DNA from: a virus
Taxonomy: Duplodnaviria > Caudoviricetes
IMG/VR virus record: IMGVR_UViG_3300033066_001904
Span: 1 to 64,000 of that record
Direction: 5' to 3' (one strand)
DNA length: 64,000 nt
Both the position numbers and the translations under genes were made by a program. Shown one piece after another: positions 36,529-47,257 of the stretch; positions within the stretch are counted from its first letter, which is position 1; each line of letters opens with the position of its first letter. Below the pieces are notes generated by a model. That model searched no databases. It saw only the letters and a list, made by a program, of their open reading frames with translations, and was not told the DNA's origin.

Positions 36529-37797
36529 TTATATTTTTGTTAATTCATGATAATTTTTACCATGCTTTATACTTACTGGGAAGCCCAATATTTTTACTAT
36601 ATTATTATATACTTCAGGTTCATCATTACTAAAATCAAATAAAAATGAATCATAAGTATAAAGTATAAGTTTTGTTTTTTTATTTTTTAATATTTCTAAT
36701 ATTTGTAGAATTATTTCTACATTTCTCTTTGTTTCTAAAGCCTGGATATAGTAGTTAAAATGTTTATATTTATTTTTTATGTTTAAAATTCGTAAAGGAG
36801 TTTCTTTGGGGAGAGAATGATTTACAAATTCATTAATATCATTAAAAAATGGAATATGTAAATATTCCTTTCTAACCCCACCATAAATTTGTTGAAATAC
36901 AAGTTCTTTTGCTTCTGATGGTGAATTATGCATTTCATGTGCTAAAACTTCATATACATTGTTCTTTTGAAAATAATCTTTACCTAAAAGGTGTTCAATT
37001 AATCTGGGATGATATGCATTGTAATCAATTTCTAGAAGAACATCATTTTCTGCTTTAAATGTTGCTCTTTCTCCATTTACTTTATTGAGTGCAGCAAAAT
37101 TAATATTATTAAATGTATTTGACGGACGACCTGTTAACGTGTATAAGTTATACTGGGAGTATATTTTTCCATTTTTGATAGAAAATTTAGATTCACTTAA
37201 TACAGAAGCAAAATAATGAATATAATTATTTTTATCAATAGAAATACCTTCTTGTTCAATCCTAAAGAATGCTGTAGTGAGTTCATTATTATTGAAGGAA
37301 TAAATATTATCGTCATCGCGGTATGCTTTTATTGTGTCTTGTACCGCTATAAATATTTGTTCACAATGTTCATAGTGCTTACTTATAGGAATTATTTTAT
37401 TAATATTTAAATTATATTTAAATTTACTATAATAAATCTCAATGCACTTATTATACTCAGGTAATGTTTGTAAAAATGATATAAAATTTATGTCAAATAA
37501 TTTGTCATACCACTCAATATAATGTAACGTCTCTTTTTTATCTACTGTAAATAATTTGTCTGTTTCTGTCCTCAGAAATGAGAATACCTTATCTAAGGGT
37601 AATCCTAAAGACTCATTATGGTCAATACATAAAATATAACCTTTATGAAAGTTTACTGGATGTAAATAAATTAAACTAATGTTTGTTTTTTGGATACATG
37701 GGTGACTGTAGTCATTACCTGGAATTACCTTTATAAAACAATTTCCTAAATCTCGTAGCCGTTCTAACTGCTCTACCTTCTCAACTACATAAAACAT
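36529..37797 (-). CDS. Compact family A DNA polymerase-like protein
   Basis: TGR, motif A DYNAYHPR, motif B K...FQQIYGG, motif C YTYDS. Confidence 0.75.
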   Translation of the reverse strand: MFYVVEKVEQLERLRDLGNCFIKVIPGNDYSHPCIQKTNISLIYLHPVNFHKGYILCIDHNESLGLPLDKVFSFLRTETDKLFTVDKKETLHYIEWYDKLFDINFISFLQTLPEYNKCIEIYYSKFKYNLNINKIIPISKHYEHCEQIFIAVQDTIKAYRDDDNIYSFNNNELTTAFFRIEQEGISIDKNNYIHYFASVLSESKFSIKNGKIYSQYNLYTLTGRPSNTFNNINFAALNKVNGERATFKAENDVLLEIDYNAYHPRLIEHLLGKDYFQKNNVYEVLAHEMHNSPSEAKELVFQQIYGGVRKEYLHIPFFNDINEFVNHSLPKETPLRILNIKNKYKHFNYYIQALETKRNVEIILQILEILKNKKTKLILYTYDSFLFDFSNDEPEVYNNIVKILGFPVSIKHGKNYHELTKI

Positions 37798-37836
37798 AAC
37801 TATTTTTTCTTTTTGTTTAAAAATAATGACTTTTAC

Positions 37837-38352
37837 TTAGACTTCCAAGAAAGTCTTTAAACCAACCATTTTTTTATCGGCCATTTCTAATTCATTTTGA
37901 TCAAAATGTCCTGATTCGGTGTCATTTTTTAAAAGGTAAAATTTTAACGAAATAGTTTGCCATTCATTATCATTTTGTAATGAGTCGAAATCATTTCTTG
38001 ATATTTCTTTTATTAAATATGGAATAGTATTGTTCTTTTTAGCAAAAAATCGAGTAGATATCAAAGTATCTGCTTCTTGTTGCGTTGGTTTCCAAATCAC
38101 TGAACTAAAGTTTTTGGTTGAAGGTAAATTCTTTAATTTGGAATAAGCGAAAGTAAAAGCCTGTGAAAGAAATGAATTAGATTCTGTTATTTTTTGCAAT
38201 TCAGGTGCATTTTGATCAAAGGTTTTACCTGCAAACGATTTTCCATTAATAGAATAATAATTACCTTGATATTCTTTTTGAGTATCCTTTAAAATATATT
38301 CTTTACCAGAAGTATATTTATTTTGAGTTATTATATTTTTAGGTAATTTCAT
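37837..38352 (-). CDS. Hypothetical (possibly baseplate-associated) protein
   Basis: End of the structural operon. Confidence 0.5.
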   Translation of the reverse strand: MKLPKNIITQNKYTSGKEYILKDTQKEYQGNYYSINGKSFAGKTFDQNAPELQKITESNSFLSQAFTFAYSKLKNLPSTKNFSSVIWKPTQQEADTLISTRFFAKKNNTIPYLIKEISRNDFDSLQNDNEWQTISLKFYLLKNDTESGHFDQNELEMADKKMVGLKTFLEV

Positions 38353-38354
38353 TA

Positions 38355-41300
38355 TTAATTTATAATACCTCTATCTTTCATACGTTTTAAAATAGCAGCT
38401 GCTCCTGGTTGTTGGCTAACAGCTTCAAAACTGAATACTTTATCTTTTACAAATTTACCAGCTTTATATTGATTTGTGTATGACCATAAATACGGAGAAT
38501 TTACACCATATTGTCTATATCCTAAGCCATTATATTTTTCTAAAGCATACAATTGTTGATAGATTGTACTAAAATCTGTTTTATCAAATTCGGCATCTTT
38601 TAAGGCTTGTACAGCGCTTTGCTCAAAAGTATAAGGAGGATTTATACCTACTAATTTTCCTGAAGGATATCTAATTGTTTTAAATTGTAAAGAATCTCCA
38701 TTATATAAATGCTTACTGAAGTCTAAACTACATTCATTTTGATGTATAATAGCTACAATATACCATGGTGTATTTACTTGTGAACCAATGTTTGTGTATC
38801 TATTCTTATTAGCAACCATTTGATTAATCAAAGTATCTAATTCTCCATACTTATCACTATTAACAGTAGCTGAGTCCCACAATTGTTTAATATTTCCCAC
38901 ACTTGGTTGGCTATTAATATCACTTATATTTTTAGTTTTAAGAGTATTATTTTCAACAACTACCAAATCTTCAAATTTTATAAATTGTCCTGAAGGATTA
39001 TCTAATATGATTGTCTGAGCATCTATGCTAGTTGTCCAATCTTCATTAGCTACCTTCCCCCCAATTCCTGTAATTATGTATCCTATTCTCGATCCTACTT
39101 CACCGCCTTTATAACCTTTAGGTAGAATATCTGATGGAATTTTAAAAACATGTCCTATTACTAACCCACCAATACCATCCATTTCTAAAGATAATTTAGT
39201 AGGAATTATTGCTCTGTTCTTTATATCTGATTTAGTAATATTTTTAAAAAATACAATAATATCTTTTAGAGCATTTTTATACTCAGAAGATTTATTTATA
39301 TCATATTTAGCAGATGCTACATATCCTTGTTCTAGATTTCCAAAATATTCATATAATGAACTTAATTTAGTTTCTAAGTTATTAAGTTTGTTTTTAATTT
39401 CTTCTATTGTAGTTTTAGTATCTTTAGATGTGTTTAAAGGAGCATCTTTTTTAGGAATAATTCTATCTACAATTTTTTTATTAAAATCTACTAAAGTACT
39501 ACTATCAACACCTAAAGCACCGCCACCAGTTTGAGCTCCAATAGCTACGATTGTTGCTTGTTCTTGGAATATTTGTGATTCTAATTTATAATTTCTTACA
39601 GTTGAACGTAAATTATGTACTTGTAATTCAAATGCTTTTTTATATATTTCATCTCTAGATAAATTATCAACATAATTAATATCTATTATTCTTACCATAC
39701 CATCTATGTGATCAACATGAATATCAAAATTACTCACATTACCAATTGCTTGAGAAACTTCAGACATGGTGTTTTTTAGATAATCATATAAAGATATTTC
39801 ATTTTTTTCTTTTTTATCTTGAGAAGAAAGATTAATATTTAATGAAAGATTATATAAAAAATCAACGTTTAAAAATATATTACCAATTATTCCTAATTCT
39901 TTATACGGATTATTGTCAACAAAATAAGGGAATTCTTTTAAAACATTTAAAAATTGAAGATTTTTATAAGCATCACTTTGTTTGTCATTAAAAGATTTTT
40001 TAGCATCATTTAAAGCTTTAGTTTCTTCTTGAATGGGGTTATTAACAGTAGCAACATAATTGAAATTTATTGTTCCTAAAGTTCCACGAACATCACCCAC
40101 CGCTTCAATTATTTGACCTGTAGATAATCTATAAGCTAAAAAGTCTTTAAGAGAAGCATTTTGACCAATAACATCAGTTAGTTTTTTTCCACCAACAACA
40201 ACTTCTAAATTATTTTTTTGTTGTTGAAATTGTTTATGAAATTCTTTAATTTCATTTGTATTTTGTCTAGTTTGAATTTTTATCTTAGTGATAATTTCTT
40301 GTTTATATGAATCTTTAAATGTAGTTATATAAAATTTATATAAAATATCATTAATTAAACTAGTATAATCTGTATTTGAAAATTGAATTAAATTATCCAA
40401 ATTAGTATCGTCTACTGTAGATGTGGATACTTTAAATCCTTTCTGCCAAATAGGACTTGAAATCAAACAAACAGATGGATCTGTAGATATTTGTAAAGGA
40501 TGGGCTAAACATAATAAACTTTTATCATCTTGATTTACTTTATCATATTTTCTTTCTTTATCAGATAATGAAACAAAAGGAGAATTTCCTTTAACATCTT
40601 TTAATAAAACATACTTATTTAAAATTTTTAGAAATGATTCTAAAGTTATGTATACTTGCGTATTTTTTGTATTTTTTTGACCTGTTACTTCTAAATTTTT
40701 AGCAAAAAAGTGATAGTAATCACCCCCATCATTTATAGTATATAATTGTTCTTTTCCTTTAGTACTACTATATACAATTTCTTTTAACTCATAACATATT
40801 CCTGCTAAAATATTTTTATTATATTCTGTAACTAAGTCTTGAGAATTTAAATTTATTTGAGATAATCTACTAGCTAATATACCATTAGTTCCTATTGATG
40901 TGTTTAAATCAAAAGGAGCATAGTTAACTTTAAGAGATTCTATTACTTCCCCTAAAGAAATTATATGAGTTTGACAATCATAACCACCATCTGGACGAGC
41001 TGACCAACTATAATTTTTAACATATCCGAAACAAGCATCGTAGTTACCCTTATATTCTTCTGTTGCTTTTACAAAAATTTCTTTAAATATTTGTTCTTTT
41101 GGTTTTTGTTGGTTAATAATATCATAATATTGTATATTAGTTTTATATGAACCATCAGAATCTAAGTAAGGAGCCCATCCCCATTCTACTAAAACAGTAT
41201 AACCAGGACGCATATATAATAATTCTAAATCTTCTAATTGTCTAATATCCCACGCTACAAAATTAACTGTTACTTCTCTTAAAGATCCATATGCTGATTT

Positions 41301-41657
41301 AGATGCAATAGAAATATCTGTAATACCAGGCATTGGTCTAATACCTAAGCGATAAGGTTGTCCTGAAGGACTCACGTTAGAGTAAACATCGCTTATATTT
41401 TTTCTAAGATTTCCGTCTTCTTTTAGTATTCCACCTTGTAAAATATATTTTTTAGCTAAAGCACCACCATCATCTTTTACAGGTAATCCATTTTCATCTA
41501 CTTCCGTAACTATATTAACTGCTGAGGTCATTCTAATCCATGAGTTGCGAGAATTTAGGTATTGTAAATTTTGAGGAGTACGATTTACTAATGCATTTTG
41601 ACGTGCATTTATAGAGGCACTAATTGCCGGAATAAATGTATCCTTAAATATGCTCAT
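38355..41657 (-). CDS. Baseplate hub-like protein with C-terminal lysozyme-like domain
   Basis: 1100 aa; C-terminal IIHQNECSLDF..HL.NGDSL...EKYNG.GY...SPYLW resembles COG5526-type lysozymes. Confidence 0.65.
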   Translation of the reverse strand: MSIFKDTFIPAISASINARQNALVNRTPQNLQYLNSRNSWIRMTSAVNIVTEVDENGLPVKDDGGALAKKYILQGGILKEDGNLRKNISDVYSNVSPSGQPYRLGIRPMPGITDISIASKSAYGSLREVTVNFVAWDIRQLEDLELLYMRPGYTVLVEWGWAPYLDSDGSYKTNIQYYDIINQQKPKEQIFKEIFVKATEEYKGNYDACFGYVKNYSWSARPDGGYDCQTHIISLGEVIESLKVNYAPFDLNTSIGTNGILASRLSQINLNSQDLVTEYNKNILAGICYELKEIVYSSTKGKEQLYTINDGGDYYHFFAKNLEVTGQKNTKNTQVYITLESFLKILNKYVLLKDVKGNSPFVSLSDKERKYDKVNQDDKSLLCLAHPLQISTDPSVCLISSPIWQKGFKVSTSTVDDTNLDNLIQFSNTDYTSLINDILYKFYITTFKDSYKQEIITKIKIQTRQNTNEIKEFHKQFQQQKNNLEVVVGGKKLTDVIGQNASLKDFLAYRLSTGQIIEAVGDVRGTLGTINFNYVATVNNPIQEETKALNDAKKSFNDKQSDAYKNLQFLNVLKEFPYFVDNNPYKELGIIGNIFLNVDFLYNLSLNINLSSQDKKEKNEISLYDYLKNTMSEVSQAIGNVSNFDIHVDHIDGMVRIIDINYVDNLSRDEIYKKAFELQVHNLRSTVRNYKLESQIFQEQATIVAIGAQTGGGALGVDSSTLVDFNKKIVDRIIPKKDAPLNTSKDTKTTIEEIKNKLNNLETKLSSLYEYFGNLEQGYVASAKYDINKSSEYKNALKDIIVFFKNITKSDIKNRAIIPTKLSLEMDGIGGLVIGHVFKIPSDILPKGYKGGEVGSRIGYIITGIGGKVANEDWTTSIDAQTIILDNPSGQFIKFEDLVVVENNTLKTKNISDINSQPSVGNIKQLWDSATVNSDKYGELDTLINQMVANKNRYTNIGSQVNTPWYIVAIIHQNECSLDFSKHLYNGDSLQFKTIRYPSGKLVGINPPYTFEQSAVQALKDAEFDKTDFSTIYQQLYALEKYNGLGYRQYGVNSPYLWSYTNQYKAGKFVKDKVFSFEAVSQQPGAAAILKRMKDRGIIN

Positions 41658-41991
41658 GTGTATTTTCTATTTTAACCCTCTTTTTTAAAATACCCCATAT
41701 ATATGCATTATTACTATTCTGCCATTTTCCTAAATTTTCAAAACGAGAATCATTTATCATTTCATCATAAAATTTTTTATCCGTAATATCATTTCCATAA
41801 TATTCTCCATCTCCATTTATTGGAAATATCCGACAATAATATTCTGGGAAATGTTCAGGACCTGGACCTTGACCTCCATCCCAAAAAAATGTATGAATTT
41901 TTAAAAAAACCCCGTCACTTACCTTATATGCCATAAGGAGATTAGGATTATTTATACCAATTTCGGCTAATATGTTTGAAAATTTAATCAT
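41644..41991 (-). CDS. Leader-family protein (MIKFSNILAE|IGINNP), putative capsid-internal protein
   Basis: Shared leader motif. Confidence 0.6.
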   Translation of the reverse strand: MIKFSNILAEIGINNPNLLMAYKVSDGVFLKIHTFFWDGGQGPGPEHFPEYYCRIFPINGDGEYYGNDITDKKFYDEMINDSRFENLGKWQNSNNAYIWGILKKRVKIENTHEHI

Positions 41992-42293
41992 CTAGCACTA
42001 TTAAAATCGTTAAACAGTTTTAAAACAGCATTAAGATCAGTTGGAATTCTTAATTGCGTCCCTGGTTGAGGAAATAACGATCCTCTAGTAACATTATTAT
42101 TAGCAGCCGAAATTATTCTCCACAAAGATGAATCTCCGTAATAATTATAAGCTAAATTATCTAATCGATCTCCAACAGATGTAATAATGTAAAAATCATT
42201 ATTAGACAAAGGTATATTAGGATATAACTTACCTTGATAATAAGGTACTCCTTGATCTGTTTTTTTTATGTCTAGATTAGTATATAAGTTCAT
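41988..42293 (-). CDS. LysM-like baseplate protein
   Basis: GDRLDNLAYNYYGDSSLWRII..AN...PGTQLRIP. Confidence 0.75.
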   Translation of the reverse strand: MNLYTNLDIKKTDQGVPYYQGKLYPNIPLSNNDFYIITSVGDRLDNLAYNYYGDSSLWRIISAANNNVTRGSLFPQPGTQLRIPTDLNAVLKLFNDFNSAR

Positions 42294-42580
42294 TTATTTT
42301 TCTCCCAATAATTTTCTAATGATGTTTTAGTCCACCAATCCCACCCACCTTGATTTTGGGGTAGATCTTTTTTTGGTAAATCTCGTGCACCAATCATTGT
42401 AAGTCCTTTATTATGGACAATTTGTTTTACTTTTTGAGGAGGATTAGTGTCATATAGAGAAAATTCTAAGATATCTCCTTCTTGAATTCTTTCAAATTTT
42501 ACTCCTGGTTTATCTAAGTTCCATGTCTGAGAAGGTTTATTAACACCAATTTCGGCTAATATGTTTGAAAATTTTATCAT
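42290..42580 (-). CDS. Leader-family protein (MIKFSNILAE|IGVNKP)
   Basis: Shared leader motif. Confidence 0.6.
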   Translation of the reverse strand: MIKFSNILAEIGVNKPSQTWNLDKPGVKFERIQEGDILEFSLYDTNPPQKVKQIVHNKGLTMIGARDLPKKDLPQNQGGWDWWTKTSLENYWEKNK

Positions 42581-44475
42581 TGTTTACCTTCGGGAAGTGG
42601 ATTTTTAATTTCATCTAACCAAGGATTAGACCCTTTTGTTCCTTTATTAGCAATATAAGGAGAACTAGCATCTTTTTGTGGTAAATTATTGTGAAGAATT
42701 GTACAAGTTATTGAAACATCAATAATATGAGGCAATTCATACATTTGCACATCAGCTCCATTTTCTGGTTCATCTAAAGCTATCTCCCAAGGAGCATCAT
42801 CAGCTATTGTATATGACAGTGAATTAATAATAGCTGTTTCTCTATATAGATAATTTCCTAAAGTTAGTCTGATCATAGGTCCTCTCATTAGATTATTATC
42901 ATAATCAGGCATCGTATTACTAGCTAGAAAATTTAGTTTTTGATACATTGGTTTCATTTCTTCTTTTGATAGAGCTGCTACTTTAAATGTAAATGAAACT
43001 TGTCGATTAAAACCATTATATATGTTAAATTTTTCTCCTCTTCCTGCATATTTGATAGAACCCCATTCTGGTGAATAGTTATCTTGTATACTTTTTAAAT
43101 AAGCTCTAAATATCATCCATACTGAATCTAAAGGATTATCTGTTCTTATTGCTTCTATTCTGAATTTTATTAAATCCCTAACATTGTGATATTGTCCGTT
43201 TATACTAACTCTAGTTCCGGGTGGTGTAGTGTCAGAAAATAAAGGAGTAAGATTTATTTTGTCTGTTTTTCCACTTCCTACACGTTGTTCTCGAGAAATT
43301 GAATTCCAACTTCCATTAGTTTTTAGTAAAATAACTTTATTATCGGAATTTACATATCCTATATTATCTTGAGGAGTAGAAACATAATTTCCTTGAGCAT
43401 CTATTATTCCAAACTGATTTAATTCTGTACTTCCTGTTATATAATTTTTTTCTCTTAATTTTTTACTATTTATAATATTTTGTAAGGTTTGATAATTAGC
43501 AGGAAGTTTAATATCACTATAAACCTTTTTATCTCCAACTTTTATATTCTCAATATGAGTATTATTGTAGGTAACATTATCTAGATCGTCAGGTTTTTTA
43601 GTAGGTCTATTAGGGTCAATATCTGGTACTGTAGTAAAATATTGTCTAGATACTCCTAATAAATTATAATAGTTTATTTGTCCTTTTTCTGTTGGTTTAT
43701 ATTTGTTAGTAGCGTTATTTGTAAAATCATATCTTCTTATAGTAGTAGTACCAACACCGTAAACAGAATCAGGTCCTCCTATATATTGATTTATATTTAA
43801 TTGTTGGGGTTGAACAGCAGGAACACTAGTTCCAAATACTCCATTAACTATATTTAAGGCTGTATTAGCTACTCCTAAAGCTCCATTAAAAATATTTAAA
43901 CCTGTCTGAGACTGAACAGGATTAATTAATCTAGTAGTTAGATTAACTAATCTATTTTGTCCTTGTTCATTATTATATTTAACTACGGCTTCGTATTTGG
44001 TATTTTCATCTTGTATAGGTAATAAACCGTGACGATTAAAATGACCTCCAAATGCATTAACTGGGATTTGAGCTAAAGTATTTAATCCTAAGTTATATAT
44101 TCTTGTAGGACCTAAGGTATTACTTAAATCACTTAATGTATTTCCAATAAAACCTAATATACCTTGTCCATTACCAATTTGAATTTTTTTAGTTTCAATA
44201 GCTGGATTAGATAATTGTAGTCCTACTTGTTTAGCTAAAAACAAAGGACCTCTAGGAAAATCTGTAAGGAATTTACTCACCCTTAAGGTATCTTCAAGAG
44301 AATGCCCTAAGGCACCTAAGGCGCCTCCTCTTATTAAACCATCGTCAAATACAGGTGGACGATCCTCAGGTATAGCTTTTTGAATATATGGTTGCCCACT
44401 ACTATCACCTCCAGGTTTATCATTTCCGTATTTAAGAGATTTAAGATTAGTCTTTAAATCTAATATTCCAGGCAT
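42577..44475 (-). CDS. Baseplate / tail-tube-initiator-like structural protein
   Basis: Position between tape measure and LysM genes; C-terminal tube-like domain. Confidence 0.5.
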   Translation of the reverse strand: MPGILDLKTNLKSLKYGNDKPGGDSSGQPYIQKAIPEDRPPVFDDGLIRGGALGALGHSLEDTLRVSKFLTDFPRGPLFLAKQVGLQLSNPAIETKKIQIGNGQGILGFIGNTLSDLSNTLGPTRIYNLGLNTLAQIPVNAFGGHFNRHGLLPIQDENTKYEAVVKYNNEQGQNRLVNLTTRLINPVQSQTGLNIFNGALGVANTALNIVNGVFGTSVPAVQPQQLNINQYIGGPDSVYGVGTTTIRRYDFTNNATNKYKPTEKGQINYYNLLGVSRQYFTTVPDIDPNRPTKKPDDLDNVTYNNTHIENIKVGDKKVYSDIKLPANYQTLQNIINSKKLREKNYITGSTELNQFGIIDAQGNYVSTPQDNIGYVNSDNKVILLKTNGSWNSISREQRVGSGKTDKINLTPLFSDTTPPGTRVSINGQYHNVRDLIKFRIEAIRTDNPLDSVWMIFRAYLKSIQDNYSPEWGSIKYAGRGEKFNIYNGFNRQVSFTFKVAALSKEEMKPMYQKLNFLASNTMPDYDNNLMRGPMIRLTLGNYLYRETAIINSLSYTIADDAPWEIALDEPENGADVQMYELPHIIDVSITCTILHNNLPQKDASSPYIANKGTKGSNPWLDEIKNPLPEGKQ

Positions 44476-44478
44476 ATA

Positions 44479-44835
44479 TTAATATCTCCCTTCTTGAGGT
44501 CCTAAATCAGGATATTTTCTTCCGGGTAATGATTTATAAATAGTTGATACTACTGAACCTGGTAAACCTGCTTGGTAGTTATTAGGTGCAATAGGATCTG
44601 TTTCATCCAAATGAGATTCTTCTTTAACAGTTGTATTTCCGTTTTTATTAAAATCTACTAATTTTACATTTGGAACTGAATTAATAGAGTAAGTATTTTG
44701 AAGCTTACTAGCTGCAGGATCTAAATTATTTGTAGAATCTACATATCCCCAATTTGATATAAATTGTTGAGGATTAAATCCATTTCCTTGTAAACTTAAT
44801 GTACTTTTTGTTAGTTGATCTAGTACTGATGCCAT
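44479..44835 (-). CDS. Hypothetical virion protein
   Basis: Structural operon, ATATTTAT upstream. Confidence 0.5.
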   Translation of the reverse strand: MASVLDQLTKSTLSLQGNGFNPQQFISNWGYVDSTNNLDPAASKLQNTYSINSVPNVKLVDFNKNGNTTVKEESHLDETDPIAPNNYQAGLPGSVVSTIYKSLPGRKYPDLGPQEGRY

Positions 44836-44867
44836 GGTTATTGTTATTTTATATAAATATTAAATTT

Positions 44868-46958
44868 TTATGCGGTTTTATAGGAACCTTGTGTTAATAG
44901 GGTACCTACTTTTCTACCATCAAGATTAATAGTAGTATCTTTTTGATATAATCTATCTACAGATGCTTTTACGTCGTTTATTGCTTTTATCATTGGAGAT
45001 AAATCTACACCTGATGAACTTCCTTTATCAAATAAATTAGTACCTGCCACCACTGTATCTTTATTATTTAATGCTATTGCTCCTTCAGGTCCTAGTAGTG
45101 TACGATTTCCATATCCTGGAGAAACAACATCATCTCCTTTAGTTAAATTTTCAATTCCTGCTCCTATTAATCCAATAGCTAATAGTCCTCCTAAAGCTGC
45201 TACAGGATTTAAAAATACAGCTATTGCTCCAACTAATAATGCTATTGTTTTTAATACACCCGCTAATCCTGTAAATGTACCTGTTATAGTGTCAATTAAT
45301 GAATTTAACCATGAAAATGGTTTAGTTATATACGTCACTAAAGATAATATATCCGTTAATAAATCTAATAATTGACCAAATGGTCCTTCTACTAGAGTTC
45401 CTACTATATCTTGTAATTTTAAAATAGCATTATTAAATTTTTCTTGTATATTTTGACGCTCTAAAGCCTTTTTAGCATCTTCTTCATTTAATTGAGCTAA
45501 AGATTTACCCGCTTGTAAAGCTTCTTCTCTACGTCTAAGTTGTTCTGCTAATTGATCTGCTTGTAAGCCAAAAGATTCTGCTAATGCCTTTTGAGCAATA
45601 ACATTCATTTGAGCAAATTTAAAAGCATCAATTCCTTGATTAGCTATTTCTTGTGCTACTCCGGCTATATCACCTCTCAAAGCTAATTCTCTAGCTCTTT
45701 CTAAGTTTAATTGTTTACCTATTAATAATTCAGCTTTTAATTCACTTCCTATTGAAGATTCAAAATCTAATAAATAACTAGAAGTAGATTTAGCTTCATC
45801 TAAAGATTGACCTAATGCTTTTATTTGAGCAACACTTTTAGCAATCAATTCGGGATTATATCCTAAGTTTGCTGTTAGTTGTCCTGATACTTTTGCAACT
45901 TCCGCTAGTGTAGCTTTTAAAGGTAACCCTACTTTATATTGATTTGAAATAGCTACAATTCCTTTAACATATGAATTATAAATAGCTTCTGACGATTTAC
46001 CTGTTAAAATAGATAATCTGTAAAATTGAGCGGCTTCATCGCCAGCTAAACCTACTTGTTTAGTTAATTTAACCTGTGTATTTAATATATCTTCTGAGTA
46101 CTCAGATGTGTAACCAGTCGTTTCACTTATTTGTTTAAACGCATCTACTAAATTAGTTGTAGTAATGTTAATATTAGTTGAATCACGAGCTATTTTTCCT
46201 ATATTATATCTATAGTCGTCAGTATTGGAACCCAATGATTTCCCAATTTCTGTTGATTGAGCTATAAATTTACTTGCTTTATCAACAATAAAACCTAAAG
46301 CTAATGCAGCCCAATTTATGCCTTCTAAAAATCCTTTTATTCCGGCTCCCCATATTTTAAAAACACCACCACCCTCTTTAGCCTTATCAGTCATTGCTTC
46401 CATGGCTTTATCAAGATTAAGAACATCTCCTATAATAGGAATTTTCTTTAATCCTTTAAATATTCCAAAAAGAGGTTGTAACTTTTTAGCAAAAACATCA
46501 AATTGTTTTAATTCTTCTTTTTGTAATTTAATAATATCCTCAATTGTATCTTTTTGTTCTTTTAATAATTCATTAAGATTAGATAATTCTTTTTTTCTTT
46601 TAGAATTAGTTGTTAACTCAATTTCTTTTTGTATAGCAGATATTTGACCTTCTAACGCCTTAGATAAACCTTCTTCAAGTTTTTTAATTTCTTGAGTAAT
46701 TTTTTTACGAGACAATTCACCTTTAATTGCTTTACCAATTATACCATTTGTTCTAAGATAAGCATCCTGGATTTCGTTTATGTGTTTTCTAACACTTTTT
46801 AAAGTTTCATCTGTTCTAGCTTTTATAGATGTATTAATATTCTTTAGTTTAGTCATAATATCACTAGCTGCATCTCTGAAAATTGCAGTTAACGATGATA
46901 ACTCATCTTTAATATCATCAATATCTTGTTTGGGATCTAGGTTAGGATTAATTGCCAT
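44868..46958 (-). CDS. Tape measure protein
   Basis: Helical A/L/K-rich, hydrophobic G/A segments, follows the tail chaperones. Confidence 0.85.
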   Translation of the reverse strand: MAINPNLDPKQDIDDIKDELSSLTAIFRDAASDIMTKLKNINTSIKARTDETLKSVRKHINEIQDAYLRTNGIIGKAIKGELSRKKITQEIKKLEEGLSKALEGQISAIQKEIELTTNSKRKKELSNLNELLKEQKDTIEDIIKLQKEELKQFDVFAKKLQPLFGIFKGLKKIPIIGDVLNLDKAMEAMTDKAKEGGGVFKIWGAGIKGFLEGINWAALALGFIVDKASKFIAQSTEIGKSLGSNTDDYRYNIGKIARDSTNINITTTNLVDAFKQISETTGYTSEYSEDILNTQVKLTKQVGLAGDEAAQFYRLSILTGKSSEAIYNSYVKGIVAISNQYKVGLPLKATLAEVAKVSGQLTANLGYNPELIAKSVAQIKALGQSLDEAKSTSSYLLDFESSIGSELKAELLIGKQLNLERARELALRGDIAGVAQEIANQGIDAFKFAQMNVIAQKALAESFGLQADQLAEQLRRREEALQAGKSLAQLNEEDAKKALERQNIQEKFNNAILKLQDIVGTLVEGPFGQLLDLLTDILSLVTYITKPFSWLNSLIDTITGTFTGLAGVLKTIALLVGAIAVFLNPVAALGGLLAIGLIGAGIENLTKGDDVVSPGYGNRTLLGPEGAIALNNKDTVVAGTNLFDKGSSSGVDLSPMIKAINDVKASVDRLYQKDTTINLDGRKVGTLLTQGSYKTA

Positions 46959-46981
46959 ATGTGTATAAATATTTAAGACTC

Positions 46982-47257
46982 CTATTTTTTAGGAGCCTTA
47001 GCGACATAGTCTGGAGTTATATCTAGTTTATGCACGGGTTTTTTATTTATATTTAATTCTTGTTGTTGTTTTTTTACTTTTTCATTTTGTTCTTCGTAAT
47101 GCTCTTTCAACATATTAAATGTGAATATTCTTAACCAAATAGGCATATTATATATAGTATCCCAATCATATCCTCCTTGTCCATTAAATACTATTTGATG
47201 AATAAGTCTAAATAAATTAAGTCTATATTCCTGCGTCAGGCCAAAAAAAGTTAACAT
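46982..47257 (-). CDS. Tail assembly chaperone, second part (probable frameshift partner)
   Basis: Overlaps the upstream chaperone across a T7 run; YNMPIWLR. Confidence 0.6.
   Translation of the reverse strand: MLTFFGLTQEYRLNLFRLIHQIVFNGQGGYDWDTIYNMPIWLRIFTFNMLKEHYEEQNEKVKKQQQELNINKKPVHKLDITPDYVAKAPKK

Larger units (their letters stand above)
41956..42580. repeat. 36-bp near-perfect direct repeat (41956-41991 and 42545-42580; 35/36 identical)
   Basis: Encodes the MIKFSNILAEIG leader twice, 589 bp apart. Confidence 0.95.

Noticed and set aside
36522-36535. ATAAATAT on the sense strand near 36525 as a T4-type late promoter
   Set aside because: It coincides with the stop codon of the PolA-like gene and is in the opposite orientation to the other copies; likely chance in AT-rich DNA
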